DNA of 64,000 bases from an uncultured Methanosarcinaceae archaeon (GTDB taxonomy: Archaea > Halobacteriota > Methanosarcinia > Methanosarcinales > Methanosarcinaceae): positions 32,001 through 96,000 of the forward strand of contig CAVRJG010000038.1 in the NCBI GenBank assembly GCA_963721455.1, given 5' to 3'. Each line of letters begins with the position of its first letter. Position 1 is the first letter of the stretch. The notes below the pieces were generated by a model, which was not told the DNA's origin, did not search any database, and saw nothing but the letters and a program-made list of their open reading frames with translations. The translations under genes and the position numbers were made by a program. Positions 20,101 to 34,909 of the stretch are shown here, piece by piece.

Positions 20101-22694
20101 TCCAGCACTCTGGAAAAAGCTTCAGCTGCCTCTTCATACCTTTTCAACTGCAGAAGAGAGAATGCCACGTTGTTGAGAGCAGAAAGGTTTTCGGGATCTC
20201 TTTCGAGCACAGCTTCCAGAGCTGCCAGGGCAGTTTCGTACTGTTCGGTTTCAAAGAGGCAGAGAGCCCTGTACTCGAGAGCTTCCTTCATTTCGGGGTT
20301 CAGGCTGACAGCTGACTCAAAAGCACAGGCTGCTTCTCCTGGCATGTGTATTCTGTACAGGCTAAGGCCTTTGTAGTACCAGAGAATATCGGAATCCGGT
20401 CTTTCATTAAGAGCGCTCTCAAAGGTTTCAAGGGCAGGGACATACCTTTCAAGCTGTATCTGCGCAAAACCTTTGTAAGTCCGGGCGTCATCGTAATCGG
20501 GGTTCTTTATATCATTATAATTGGAATTCTTTATATCCTCAAAATTAGCATCCTTTACAATTACTTCATCAAAGGCTTTTATAGCATCTTCAAAACGTTC
20601 CAGTTTTATCAGGGCAAGCCCTTTTCTGTACCAGGCTTCCCTGGACTCCGGCTTTTGGCAGAGCACCTGTTCAAACGCCTGCAGTGCAGTTTCATATTTC
20701 CCGAGTTCCATTGCAAGTTTTCCTTTCCTGCACTGGATTTCCAGAGCTTCGGGATTCTTTGCAGCAAGCTTTTCAAAGGTTTCCAGAGCTTCTTCCGGTT
20801 TTCCAAGTTCCAGCTGTGCAACCGCAAGGTCGTATAAGATATCCGGGTAATCCGGATTAAGAGAGAGAACTTTTTCAAGGCATTCCAGGGCAGTTTCCTT
20901 TCTTCCCAGCTTGAGCAGGGCTATTCCCCTTTTGTAAATAGAATCGAGATCTTCAGGGCTTGTTTTGAGGACTTCGGCAAAGGCTTCATCTGCTTTTTCG
21001 TATTCTTCGGCAGCCAGTAAAATTAGCCCTCTGTTTCTCCAGGCATCCTCAAAGTCAGGCCTGAGCCTGATAGCTTCTTCAAAAGCCTCGATGGCTTCCT
21101 CCGGTTTTCCAAGCTTTACGAGCACGATTCCTTTTTTATTCCACCCTTTCTCAAGATAAGGATTCAGCCGCAGAACTTCCTCAAAGGCTTTCAGGGCTTC
21201 TTCATAACGTTCCATGGAATAAAGTGCAAAACCCTTATTCATCCAGCAGGCTTCGTACTCGGGTTTAAGCTCCGCAGCTTTCTCAAGAGCCTTCAGGGCA
21301 GGCTCGAATTTTCCGCTATCAAGGAAAATTAGCCCTTGCTTGAGCCAGAGATTGCAGTTATCGGGTTCTTTCTCAAGACTATATGCAAGAGACTCAAGGG
21401 CTTCTTCAAATCGTTTTAGCTCTACCAGTACAGTGCCCCTGAACTTCTGGGCCTCGGTGAATCCCGGGTTGTATTCAAGCATGGAATCGAAAGCGTTGAG
21501 GGCTTCTTCGTATTTCCCTGTTCTGGCAAGCAAGCGCCCCCGCTGGAACCACGCGTCTCCATACGCAGGATCCAGTTCGGTAACCCTGGAAAAAGATTGT
21601 GCAGCTTCCTTAAAGCGCTGCAGTTTCAGGAGAGCAAGAGCTCTGTTATACCAGATTTCCTTCATTTCCGGATAAACTGCAAGCACGGAGTCAAAGGCTT
21701 CGATGGCTTCTTCGTAGACCTCAAGTTTCATGAGAGCAAAGCATTTGTAGTTCCAGGCTTCGAAATAAGCGGGATCAAGCCTGATTGATTCCTCAAAAGC
21801 ATCAATTGCTTCATTTAGCCTGAGCAGCTGGATAAGAGCAAGGCCTTTCCTGAGCCAGATTTCTTTGTTCCCTGGATTGAGTTTCAGTATTTTCGAAAAG
21901 GTTTTTTCGGCGTCCTCATAGCGGGAAAGTTCGCTTAAGAGTATGCCCCTGTGATAGAGAGCAGTCTCGCTGGCAGGAAATTTTCTTAAAAATGCGTCAA
22001 TACATTCCAGAGCTTCCTCACTTCTCCCGAGCTTTTCCAGTGAAAAACATCTCTGTTCCCAGGCATCTGTATGCTTAGAGTTTTCCCTGATCAGAGAATT
22101 AAAGCATTCAAGTGCCTTTTCATGTTCTTCAAGCTTTGCAAAAACCAGCCCTTTTGCGTAGCAGGCTTCTGAATTTTTCGGGTTGATTTTAAGTGCATTT
22201 CCGAGACTTTCCAGGGCTTCTTCGTACCTGCCAGCTTTTCCAGCCACTGTCCCTCTGGCATACCAGGCGGTTCCGCATTCAGGTTCAAGTTCAAGCACTT
22301 TCTCAAAACAAAGAATTGAAGCTTCAGCCCGTCCCATTTCGGCAAATACAAGCCCTTTCCGGTACCAGATTTTCGGATTTTCGGGATTTATTTCAAGCGC
22401 ATCATCATAGGCTTCCAGTGCTTCTCCGAGCCTTCCGAGGGTTGCCAGAGCTGTTCCTTTCTTATAAAGGGCATCGGAATTTTCTGGCTCTAACTGCAGG
22501 AACTGGTCAAAAGAGTCGAGAGCTTCTTCCGGTTTTTTAATTTCCAGCAGGGCGAGTCCCCTGTTGAAAAAGGCTCCTGTGTGACTGTGGTCTTTGTCCA
22601 GAATTTTATTGAAAACATTAATCGATTTTTCGTACCTTTTGTGTTTAACCAGGTCAAGGCCTCTTTGAAAGGCTTCATCGTTATTGATAAGCAA
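17175..22694 (-). CDS. Giant TPR protein (1839 aa, roughly 50 TPRs)
   Basis: Continuous 34-aa W..KG..L..LG.YEEA...F..AL...P repeats; TTG start with GGAGGAG RBS. Confidence 0.93.
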   Translation of the reverse strand: MLINNDEAFQRGLDLVKHKRYEKSINVFNKILDKDHSHTGAFFNRGLALLEIKKPEEALDSFDQFLQLEPENSDALYKKGTALATLGRLGEALEAYDDALEINPENPKIWYRKGLVFAEMGRAEASILCFEKVLELEPECGTAWYARGTVAGKAGRYEEALESLGNALKINPKNSEACYAKGLVFAKLEEHEKALECFNSLIRENSKHTDAWEQRCFSLEKLGRSEEALECIDAFLRKFPASETALYHRGILLSELSRYEDAEKTFSKILKLNPGNKEIWLRKGLALIQLLRLNEAIDAFEESIRLDPAYFEAWNYKCFALMKLEVYEEAIEAFDSVLAVYPEMKEIWYNRALALLKLQRFKEAAQSFSRVTELDPAYGDAWFQRGRLLARTGKYEEALNAFDSMLEYNPGFTEAQKFRGTVLVELKRFEEALESLAYSLEKEPDNCNLWLKQGLIFLDSGKFEPALKALEKAAELKPEYEACWMNKGFALYSMERYEEALKAFEEVLRLNPYLEKGWNKKGIVLVKLGKPEEAIEAFEEAIRLRPDFEDAWRNRGLILLAAEEYEKADEAFAEVLKTSPEDLDSIYKRGIALLKLGRKETALECLEKVLSLNPDYPDILYDLAVAQLELGKPEEALETFEKLAAKNPEALEIQCRKGKLAMELGKYETALQAFEQVLCQKPESREAWYRKGLALIKLERFEDAIKAFDEVIVKDANFEDIKNSNYNDIKNPDYDDARTYKGFAQIQLERYVPALETFESALNERPDSDILWYYKGLSLYRIHMPGEAACAFESAVSLNPEMKEALEYRALCLFETEQYETALAALEAVLERDPENLSALNNVAFSLLQLKRYEEAAEAFSRVLELDPGREEARYYLGIASFESGKYDKALSVFEEMAEGSGKNSFAQNSSARDPSAQNSSALYWKGRVLIRQEAYEKALEVFSRLIEQDSLFAEAWYLRGISHSKLKQHEDAVRDFKKVLEIDPAFQDACYQLGLSCFELGNFEGALRAFETVLKTDFGNPDALYMKSLSLLRSGRYEESASGFREVIKRGPSNVEALAHLSTACFKQGLYAEALEIFDMVLRKNPERKTILFRKGVVLKAFGEVKEASAIFDSVLKLKPDCTYALEQKGYTHFELEEYQEAVEAFKAALEYCPKKEDLHYSRAIAFFRLGNFEEALDSFENALDLGCQKPELPYYAGISCFELEEYEKAVEAFDIALKAGATDPEVLHKKALALFELGRLEEAVSAVNSLLELAAENFNRGNTGEDMEENGGESTGENPAFENSQAFGELLERFASSLIKLGKYEEALLPLGKLTASRPASKELLYGKGIVLLELGRLEEALEVFSELLSLYPDFEKAWYGRGLALFSLEYYAEALEAFEQAVLENQKESPGLKNKLNDFETGDAWTKMGLAQLKLGGYEAALEAFGKILEAKPEAADIWYVTGLALRGLERDQQAVEAFERAVELDSALEAAWEQKGLALLGLDGYEEARLAFNSALVLNPENINALYSRSVANFKLQHFKEAARDLERVLLLAPDFPDFIEACYRLGIARMELEEYEKALEAFGIILEQDPAHREALYHSALVLFNLEEYEAAAETFGMLLEAAPEDPESLNYLGLCLLELESPEEALKAFEKAALFNPKNEEALYNAATTLIKLDRAQESLSYFDRILEISPENLDALNYKGIAFCTLELYREALRSFDLVLEKDPENIKAIYNVGVVCFKQKLYETACRAFGEALALNPWHEQSLKYFGISLAKIGEYEEALKAFDKLLRINPRDAQSMNYRGVILGKMEKYDEAIRTFSEILRLYPDMADAKRKLEALKCIQNEERSSENLY

Positions 22695-23244
22695 CTCCTC
22701 CGATCCCTTTTTTCTAAATCTATTCCTGCAAGCTCAAATAAATCTGATATTTTAATGTGAGTTTTCTATCTGGATTTAATAATATTTTGCCCTGCTTTCT
22801 CCGGCTTCAGGACTTTTTGCGAGTACTCTTCCTGTTTCTCGCTATTAAAAGCTCCTTTTCAATAATTGTAATAAATATTGCCTGTATTGTAAATGTAAGA
22901 ACCTGTAGTAAATTATAAATCCGCAGCATACTGAATTATTTCTCTATTTTCCTGGTATGGGATATTTAAATACCCTTTTTTCCCGAATGCCTTTTCCGGG
23001 ACAATTCGCCGTCCCCTACTGCTAAAATTTAATGATTCAGTCCAGACCAGAATCTATTATCATTATTAATTTTTATCTGGAATCTTATCTCCTAACATTG
23101 TATATAAACAATCCTCCATAATTGAGGGTGGGAGAATACTCTTCTATTTATCTTTTTAAAGTGCTTTTTGAAGGGTATCCACAATGCACTTCGCAGGCAG
23201 TTTGAATTATAAAAATAGATGTAAATAAATTTTCTAAATCTAAA

Positions 23245-23775
23245 TTAAATTTCAAAAATTTCCTGCAAGGCTTTTCTTAAATGCCTGCACGTCTCCTTAT
23301 TGAAGCAGACAAGGAAAATCTTTTCAGGCAATTCATTTTCCTGAATAAACGTTCTTATTTCGGAAACTGCAATTCCTGCAGCCCTCTCCGAAGGAAAACC
23401 GTATGCCCCTGTACTTATAGCTGGAAAAGCAATGGTTTTTACGGCATATTCCCTTGCAAGTTCAAGGCTTTTTCTGTAGCAGGAAGCCAGCAGGTCATCC
23501 TCTCCTTTCTGGCCCCCATGCCATACAGGGCCGACAGTATGTATCACCCATCTTGCGGGTAGAAGGTATCCCTTTGTAATTTTTGCTTCTCCTGTGGGAC
23601 AGCCTTTCAGGATTCTGCATTCTTCCAGCAGTCCGGGACCTGCAGCCCTGTGAATGGCCCCGTCAACTCCTCCACCTCCTAGAAGAGTAGAATTTGCTGC
23701 ATTTACGATTGCATCAACTTCGAGTTTTACAATATCTCCCTGAATTACCCTTATCCTTTCCGAAATCCGTACCAT
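23245..23775 (-). CDS. Macro-domain O-acetyl-ADP-ribose deacetylase (YmdB-like)
   Basis: GDI...[41 protein letters not shown]. Confidence 0.93.
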   Translation of the reverse strand: MVRISERIRVIQGDIVKLEVDAIVNAANSTLLGGGGVDGAIHRAAGPGLLEECRILKGCPTGEAKITKGYLLPARWVIHTVGPVWHGGQKGEDDLLASCYRKSLELAREYAVKTIAFPAISTGAYGFPSERAAGIAVSEIRTFIQENELPEKIFLVCFNKETCRHLRKALQEIFEI

Positions 23776-23829
23776 AATCCGTTCTCGTGCTTTTATTCCT
23801 TTATATTTTGTCTGATATCTTTCCCGGGG

Positions 23830-23920
23830 TGCTATATGATTTGTATTTCTTACTATGTTCTGCTTTTGCTACGTCCTGCTATATGATTTGTATTTCTTGC
23901 TATGTTCTGCTTTTGCTATG
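23830..23920. repeat. Tandem duplication of a ~47-bp unit between divergent genes
   Basis: TGCTATATGATTTGTATTTCTT.CTATGTTCTGCTTTTGCTA x2. Confidence 0.75.
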
Positions 23921-24219
23921 TTTTGCTTTATCCTTTTGCTACTGTTAAGTGCAATTTTATCTTTCATGTTCCTGTTTTTAGTTTGTGCATTCCCAAACAA
24001 TCATATAGCATAAAACATAGATTATAATAGTCAATCTGGGCATGGGGATTTCGGTATTCCGAAGATGATTATTTGCCTGTGACGGAGACTCTGAAACTTT
24101 GATGTGCTTCAAAGGGGGTTATCAGGGCTATCTTAAAAATCGATCTTTTAGACCAGTAATGCCGAGAATAAGTACGGCTATAAAACTTCTAAATTAAAAC
24201 TTAACATGGGGAGACAGCT

Positions 24220-25239
24220 ATGGATGAAATGACACTTAAGGAGAGACTTTTAAACGCGCTAGAAGGAAAGAAGGTTGACAAAGTACCTGTTTGTTCCGTA
24301 ACCCAGACGGGAATTGTGGAATTAATGGATAAAGTGGGAGCTCCCTGGCCGGAATCTCACTCTGACCCTGAACTGATGGCAAAGCTGGCAATTGCAAACT
24401 ACGAGCTTAGCGGGCTTGAAGCTGTAAGGCTTCCTTATTGCCTGACCGTACTTGCCGAAGCAATGGGCTGCGAAGTCAATATGGGGACAAAGAACAGGCA
24501 GCCGTCTGTTACTGCACATCCGTACCCTAAGGATCTGGAAGGCATGGCAATGCCTGAGAATCTGCTTGATAAGGGCAGGATTCCGGCTGTACTTGATTCG
24601 ATTAAGATCATAAGAGAAAAAGTAGGGCAGGATGTGCCTATTATCGGGGGAATGGAAGGGCCAGTTACCCTTGCCTCGGATCTGGCGAGTGTAAAGTCCT
24701 TTATGAAATGGTCTATTAAAAAACCCGAGCTTCTACACCAGGTACTGGATTTTGCAACCGAAGCCACAATATCTTATGCAAATTCAATGGTTCTTGCAGG
24801 AGCAGACGTTATTTCCGTTGCTGATCCTGTGGCGTCTCCTGACCTGTTGAGTCCGGATTCTTTCAAAAGCGAACTTCAATCGAGGCTGCAAAAGTTTTCC
24901 TCAAACGTAGATTCAGTTACAGTCCTGCATATCTGTGGGAACGTGGGCCCTATCCTCGACTATATGGCAGATTGCGGTTTCGAAGGCTTGAGCGTTGAAG
25001 AAAAAGTAGGCAGCATAAAAAAGGCTAAGGAAGTGCTTGGGAACAGGGCAAGACTCGTAGGAAATATCTCCAGTCCTTTTACTTTACTGCCAGGCCCAAT
25101 TGATAAGATCAAAGAAGAGTCCAAAAAAGCTCTCGCGGAGGGAGTAGATGTACTTGCTCCTGGCTGTGGAATCGCACCTATGACTCCTCTTTCCCACATT
25201 AAAGCTATGGTCGAGGCAAGAAACGAGTACTACGCTTGA
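24220..25239 (+). CDS. mtaA: Methylcobamide:CoM methyltransferase MtaA (mtaA2-type by synteny)
   Basis: URO-D fold; VCSVTQTG, LHICG, APGCG zinc ligands; adjacent to mtaCB. Confidence 0.9.
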   Translation: MDEMTLKERLLNALEGKKVDKVPVCSVTQTGIVELMDKVGAPWPESHSDPELMAKLAIANYELSGLEAVRLPYCLTVLAEAMGCEVNMGTKNRQPSVTAHPYPKDLEGMAMPENLLDKGRIPAVLDSIKIIREKVGQDVPIIGGMEGPVTLASDLASVKSFMKWSIKKPELLHQVLDFATEATISYANSMVLAGADVISVADPVASPDLLSPDSFKSELQSRLQKFSSNVDSVTVLHICGNVGPILDYMADCGFEGLSVEEKVGSIKKAKEVLGNRARLVGNISSPFTLLPGPIDKIKEESKKALAEGVDVLAPGCGIAPMTPLSHIKAMVEARNEYYA

Positions 25240-25624
25240 AGATCCGGAAAAACAAAAATAATTCTTAATTTTTTTTCAATTTTCCAGTATATTTTTACAG
25301 GCTTCTTTTTTCCGGTATTTGTTTTTACTTTATCTCATTCTCAGGTTTATGTGTTTCTTTTATCCTTAGCTTTCACCTTTAGTCTTTATCTTTTAAGACT
25401 GATTTCAATTCTGGCTTAAGAATTAAAAGGAACTTTTTTTCGACGACTTTCCATTAAGGTAAAAAGTGTAATTATTTACATCCAAAACTATAGTATGCAT
25501 TCAAACTGCTGGCAGTCAGCAGGTAAAGTCCATGTCAATAAGTAAAAAAGTCTTACATGAACTTCATCAACAGGAAATTAAATTCGGAATTTTCAAAAAA
25601 AGAAATGGGAAGAACTTACCTCGA

Positions 25625-27010
25625 TCAGAGGCCGTAGTTCTCCGGCAGGAATACTTTGACTTCATTTTTATATTTTGTAAGGCAGTCACTCATGAACTTG
25701 TCCTTGTCGTCAGTAAGGGCCTGGAAAGCTGCCTTTGAATTTGCAAGGGCAGTTGCTTCGAACCTGGAAAGGGCAAGTTTGCCTTTTGCTCCTTCTTCGA
25801 CGATTTTGATGCTTTCTATCGCTGCGTTCTTGGCACGGAGGTAAATGTCGTTTCCGTCCTTGGCAATTGCCTGTCCTACTCTGTAGGCATTCGGATATGC
25901 GAGTACATAGCCCTGCGCGTCTCTGTACATGTCCGAAGCTGCGAACATATCCCTCAGGATTTTGGCGTTACCCGAATTAAGAGCAACATTCATCAGGGCG
26001 CAGTCATATGCCAGGGTTTCGGACCAGCACTGAACTGTGGTACCACCGAATTCACCGTGGTATTCAACGGACTCGTTGGACCAGAGGTCACAGCACTGCA
26101 TGGTCAGGTTACCCATCAGGTCAGAGTGGGCACAGGTTGAGGTCTTACCTTCCTGAGCAATCGGGACACCTGCAATTGCTTTGACAATAGTGTTTTCGTA
26201 TCCGCAGTCCTTACCAGGGCCAACGGCACCGGCTTCGTATGCACAGAGGGACCTTGCTGCAGAGATTGACCTTGCAATTATTGCGATGGTGTGGGCAAGG
26301 TTCTTATCCAGCAGGCCTCCTGCAATGAACATTGCAGTATTTGCCTGGGCACAGTCTGTGTCTCCCGAGGCTACAGTTCCGGTTTTCTTTGCAATTGATG
26401 CAATGTCTTGCCAGATCATTTCCATGTCCATGCTGCCGAGAACGCCTATGCCGTAAAGTATGCCTGCCATGTCGTTCCTGAGAATAGCATGGTCGAAAAC
26501 TTCCTTACCACCCATTGACTCAACGGCAAGCAGATCTGCACCGGACTTGGCGCACTGTTCAAAAGCCTCGATGAAGACGGAGTACTTGTCTCCTCTGAGC
26601 TGGAGGAAGTCTCTGTTCTCACGGATGTCACCGATTGTATGGCGGAGTGCGCACTTTATGCCGTGTTCATCGTGGTATTCTTCCATGATGGTTTTCTGGG
26701 CGTGCGCAACGGCGGCTCCCCAATCCGGGTGGTTGGACATCTGCTGGACGTGTTCGGTTTCAAGCACGACAGATGGAGCTCCGATCTGAACCATCCTTGC
26801 CATGATGTCGGTGGTGATCCTTTCATACTCTTTTACGAGCTTTTCTTTGGATGCCCCTGCTTCAGGTCTTGGGGCATAGTTCACTTCGGGAGTTGTGTAG
26901 CCGGCACCGATCTCAAGCCCAAGCCCTGCTTTGACTGGCTTGACGGCTTTTCCGAAAATCATTTCATCTGCGCTTGCATAAGCCATTTTAGTACATCTTG
27001 TTACTGCCAT
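25625..27010 (-). CDS. mtaB: Methanol:corrinoid methyltransferase MtaB
   Basis: PEVNYAPRPEAG, ETEHVQQM, ESMGGKE, GDTDCAQANTAMF, GPGKDCGYE. Confidence 0.95.
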   Translation of the reverse strand: MAVTRCTKMAYASADEMIFGKAVKPVKAGLGLEIGAGYTTPEVNYAPRPEAGASKEKLVKEYERITTDIMARMVQIGAPSVVLETEHVQQMSNHPDWGAAVAHAQKTIMEEYHDEHGIKCALRHTIGDIRENRDFLQLRGDKYSVFIEAFEQCAKSGADLLAVESMGGKEVFDHAILRNDMAGILYGIGVLGSMDMEMIWQDIASIAKKTGTVASGDTDCAQANTAMFIAGGLLDKNLAHTIAIIARSISAARSLCAYEAGAVGPGKDCGYENTIVKAIAGVPIAQEGKTSTCAHSDLMGNLTMQCCDLWSNESVEYHGEFGGTTVQCWSETLAYDCALMNVALNSGNAKILRDMFAASDMYRDAQGYVLAYPNAYRVGQAIAKDGNDIYLRAKNAAIESIKIVEEGAKGKLALSRFEATALANSKAAFQALTDDKDKFMSDCLTKYKNEVKVFLPENYGL

Positions 27011-27023
27011 CTACTCCGCCTCC

Positions 27024-27791
27024 TCAGTGTCTATGGAATGTCTCCCTCAGTTTCACAATGTTGTCCCCATGTGCCTTGATGAAATCTGCCATCTTCGCGG
27101 CATCGGCTGCTTCTTCACCGTATACCCCAAGCTCATACTGGGACACGAAGTCCTGATTGACAGCACCGCCACCGCATGCAAATGGAATTCTATATCCTTT
27201 CTCCATGAGCTTGTCGTTAACTTCCTTGAATGCATACATGGTTGTGGTCATGAGGGCAGTACCTGTAAGCATGAGGGGATTTTCTCTCTCCACCGCAGCT
27301 ACTACTTCGTCTACAGGAACATCTCTTCCAAGATCCACCACATCATAGCCACCTGCTCTCAGTAGTGCGGCTACGATGTTCTTTCCGATATCATGGACGT
27401 CACCTTCTGCAACATGGCAGACGACTTTACCTTTGGTTACAGGAGAGGTTTTGGAGTTTTCCTTAGCGAACTCGATGCCGTTCAGCATAGCATCAGCAGA
27501 CATCATGACGTTTGGCAGGAAAATTACACCTTCATCGTAGAGCTTTGTGACAACACCCATGCCGACCATGAGGGCATCGTCGATAAGGGCAATCGGATCC
27601 TTACCCGCCTTCATTGCTGCCTTGAGACCGTCGACCACGTCATCTTCTTCTCCTTCAAAGATGGCTTTTGCGATCGGGTAGATTAATTTGTCCTTAGGAT
27701 AGAGCTCTTCTGCGGCGTCTTCCGGTGTCATTGCCTTTTCCAGAGCTACGTTGTAGCGAACCAGAATACCACTGGGATCTATATCTATCAA
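27024..27791 (-). CDS. mtaC: Methanol corrinoid protein MtaC
   Basis: EGDVHDIGKNIV B12-binding motif, TGTALMTTT, CGGGAV; TTG start at 27791 with GGAGG RBS. Confidence 0.95.
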   Translation of the reverse strand: MIDIDPSGILVRYNVALEKAMTPEDAAEELYPKDKLIYPIAKAIFEGEEDDVVDGLKAAMKAGKDPIALIDDALMVGMGVVTKLYDEGVIFLPNVMMSADAMLNGIEFAKENSKTSPVTKGKVVCHVAEGDVHDIGKNIVAALLRAGGYDVVDLGRDVPVDEVVAAVERENPLMLTGTALMTTTMYAFKEVNDKLMEKGYRIPFACGGGAVNQDFVSQYELGVYGEEAADAAKMADFIKAHGDNIVKLRETFHRH

Positions 27792-27928
27792 ATATATAAC
27801 CTCCATTTTGGCATTTGAGGAGTAATCAATCCCTGATTATTTACAGGGGCCAAAGTCGGGTTAAAAATTAAATTTTTTCCTAAATAGACCTTAATTCTGT
27901 TTAGATGCCTAATCTCTCTTTTTTTTCC

Positions 27929-27977
27929 ACAAAGACAACTAAACGAGATCTAACAAAGACAACTAAACGAGATCTAA
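27929..27977. repeat. 24-bp tandem direct repeat in the mtaC leader
   Basis: ACAAAGACAACTAAACGAGATCTA x2. Confidence 0.8.
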
Positions 27978-28046
27978 GTAGGTATAAACTCCCGAATCTT
28001 CCCAATTTCTTAAAAGGACTTCTAACTCCCCTTACTTTAATTGGAA

Positions 28047-28061
28047 TTATATATATATAAA
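28047..28061 (-). promoter_or_regulatory. Putative TATA box of mtaCB
   Basis: TTTATATATATATAA about 260 bp upstream of mtaC; long leaders are typical of mtaCB operons. Confidence 0.5.
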
Positions 28062-28506
28062 TCTCACTGAGCATGTTTAAAGTTCTCACACTGAACTGCA
28101 GGCTAGAATTTTCGTTATCATGAGGCCCTATTATTTTTAATATCTCGTTTTCATGGGGTCTCTTATGACTTAAGCATAATTAAAAAATATATATAATTGT
28201 CAGCATCGAAATATTCATAAACCTGCATTTTCTTTATCAGATTTCCAGCAGATTCAGGCAGTTGCCAGAAACTGCATAATAATATAATTCAAAAAGTCCT
28301 CAAAACACATAAATAAAAACTGTAATTTCGATCACTCATTTTCTCTTGATTTGGTCTGTATTGAAGGCATTTAATAGCAAAGTATATATACTAGTAATGC
28401 ATCTAGAAGATTCCCTGACATAGGAAGATCAGGGGGCATTAAACCTATAGATTTAGCAAAAATAAGCTTTTGCGATGAAATCTATATCTACAAATACGCT
28501 GAATAA

Positions 28507-28566
28507 TAAGCTTTATATACAAGATACGTCTTGTATGTATCCCTCACACGAAGCAAATTTGTGAGT
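28507..28566 (+). promoter_or_regulatory. rRNA operon tandem promoter, copy 1
   Basis: AAGCTTTATATACAAGATACGTCTTGTATG.ATCCCTCACAC, repeated at 28675. Confidence 0.75.
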
Positions 28567-28674
28567 TCCCGCCTCTCTAACGATCCTAAATGATCGGAAT
28601 GGCAATTTCTCTATAGATTCAAACAAATATTTCGTTTTGTTCTGGATCTCTGGGCGAAAAATTGCAGGACTGGG

Positions 28675-28735
28675 AAGCTTTATATACAAGAAACGTCTTG
28701 TATGAATCCCTCACACAAAGCAATTGTGTGGGTTG
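28675..28735 (+). promoter_or_regulatory. rRNA operon tandem promoter, copy 2
   Basis: BRE/TATA AAGCTTTATATA with the same downstream block as 28507. Confidence 0.75.
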
Positions 28736-28936
28736 AATTACACATCTCTTTCATCTTTTAATGGAGCCAGGAGTTATTTCCTGTCTGACGAGGATTTTGT
28801 CGGTTCGGTTAATTCTGGGCGGTGAGAGTTTTTTACAAAAACACATCATCGCGGAACTTAGAATAACTGAATTGATAGTTGTTAGTGCAAGTTTCTGCGA
28901 CCAAGACCTTTAATTTCAATCAAGTGTGCTATAACA

Positions 28937-30414
<1,478 letters not shown>

Positions 30415-30498
30415 AAGCATAAAAAACCCACCGCCCAGATGCCGATAAACCGACAAATCCTCAAACCAGAGATCCTTTGTGGATCTCTAGTCTCTCTC

Positions 30499-30571
30499 GG
30501 GCTTGTAGATCAGTTGGAAGATCGCTGCCTTTGCAAGGCAGAGGCCCTGGGTTCGAATCCCAGCAAGTCCA
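30499..30571 (+). tRNA. tRNA-Ala(TGC) in the ITS
   Basis: GGGCTTG...CTGCC TT TGC AA GGCAG...GGTTCGAATCC CAGCAAGTCCA. Confidence 0.97.
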
Positions 30572-30701
30572 TTTTTGTGCACCCGGAAAGTAAATTTTCG
30601 GGGAAGGGCGGATTGCCTGTGTGGAAACTCAGGTACATGAAGTCATGTATAGGTGCTGTATATTGAACGCTAACTGGACCTGGTTAGGTGTAACAGGAGT
30701 T

Positions 30702-33593
<2,892 letters not shown>

Positions 33594-33674
33594 CCATATC
33601 AGGTCCAGGCGAAATTCAATATGCAGCACACCTATACATGACTTCATCATTTTCCCCAATCCCATTTATAGGTA

Positions 33675-33802
33675 GAGTCTGGCGGCCATAGCGGCAGGGC
33701 AACTCCTGTACCCATCCCGAACACAGAAGATAAGCCTGTCCACGTTCCTTACTGTACTGAAGTACGCGAGTCTTCGGGAACTCTGGATCGCTGCCATGCT
33801 CA
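33675..33802 (+). rRNA. rrf: 5S rRNA
   Basis: GGCGGCCATAGCGGC...CCCATCCCGAACACAGAAGATAAG...CGCTGCCA. Confidence 0.96.
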
Positions 33803-34219
33803 CCCTATACTACTTTAAATCTATTCTAACCTTTTCTAAAATAGTTTTTTACTTTTCGTTTTGATATTGTTTTTTCTGATAATGATTTTTCATGTTACTT
33901 TTGTTTTTATTGATCTTTGTGTCTTTTCAGGATCTTTTTGTTTTTTAATTGTAGGTTCAGCCTTTTGAGCTGTGCTTCTCGATAAAATCAGGCCACTTTG
34001 TTTTTAGTTTCTTATTTTTAATGCCGGTTCTTCATTTCTAATCAGAAGGACGCGTACCTTTCAGCATGGAGAAGCGGGCTGGAGTCTTATGACGGAATAG
34101 GTCACTTTGTGCTGAGGACGTGCAAAAAGCAGTTTTAGTTGGTGTTTGGGTCTGGCTTAGAAGGCAATTGAACTGAGGCTATTTTTTGGCTTCTCTCTTA
34201 AGAGATATCTCTTTTAGAT

Positions 34220-34822
34220 TCACTCTCCCCGTAGCTCAAGCCCTGCCCTAACTCCTTTTATAACAGCTTCAGTAATCTTTTTTCCGAACTCCGTACTTGA
34301 GCCTGCGTAGGGGATCTCCTGCTTTCCCTCAGTTTCCGAGTTAATTCCGGAGTCAATTTCATAGGCAACAATCACTGCATCCGTGTTCGTACCCAGGAAG
34401 GTGTAGCCTTTTTCAAGCAGAGCAAGCCCTTTAGCTTCAGTGGCTGTGATGATGGCTCCGAAGAGAGCTGTCTCGGATAGTCTTGTCTTCGAGATTAGAA
34501 TTATATTTATGGTCCCTATTTTTGCCCTGAATTCTGAGCCGTTGCTTACGCCAGCGGTTATAAAGGCTGTGAGGTAGTCGTCTTCGATGACCTGAAGGTA
34601 TTCCATTTTGACAGCCGTAAGGAGGCCAAAATGAGCTGCTTCAAAGCCGAGTTTTATGGCTTCTTTCCTTAAGAATTCCTTCGGTTCAGGGGGGTTGAAG
34701 GTCCTTGGCACCTGTTTGTTGAAAAGGTGTTTTACGTATGACCTTCCGCCGTTTAATCCTGTACTGACAGCCTCAAAATCGCCATCAATTATAAGAGTGC
34801 TGTCCTTCACATAATATTGCAT
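34220..34822 (-). CDS. cbiZ: Adenosylcobinamide amidohydrolase CbiZ family protein
   Basis: STGLNGG, GLLTAV, TAGVSN, GTINI, TATEAK, GTNTDA motifs. Confidence 0.88.
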   Translation of the reverse strand: MQYYVKDSTLIIDGDFEAVSTGLNGGRSYVKHLFNKQVPRTFNPPEPKEFLRKEAIKLGFEAAHFGLLTAVKMEYLQVIEDDYLTAFITAGVSNGSEFRAKIGTINIILISKTRLSETALFGAIITATEAKGLALLEKGYTFLGTNTDAVIVAYEIDSGINSETEGKQEIPYAGSSTEFGKKITEAVIKGVRAGLELRGE

Positions 34823-34909
34823 GAAAAGGCTCCGTTTTCATAGAGAATTAAATATTCAATGACGGCTCTAAAAGAAACTCAACGAAAAAAGTCACTTAAA
34901 AAAGTTTGA

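Noticed and set aside
17946-22678. Numerous short overlapping or antisense ORFs within the giant TPR gene and other core genes
   Set aside because: Shadow ORFs of well-supported genes; no motifs or RBS.
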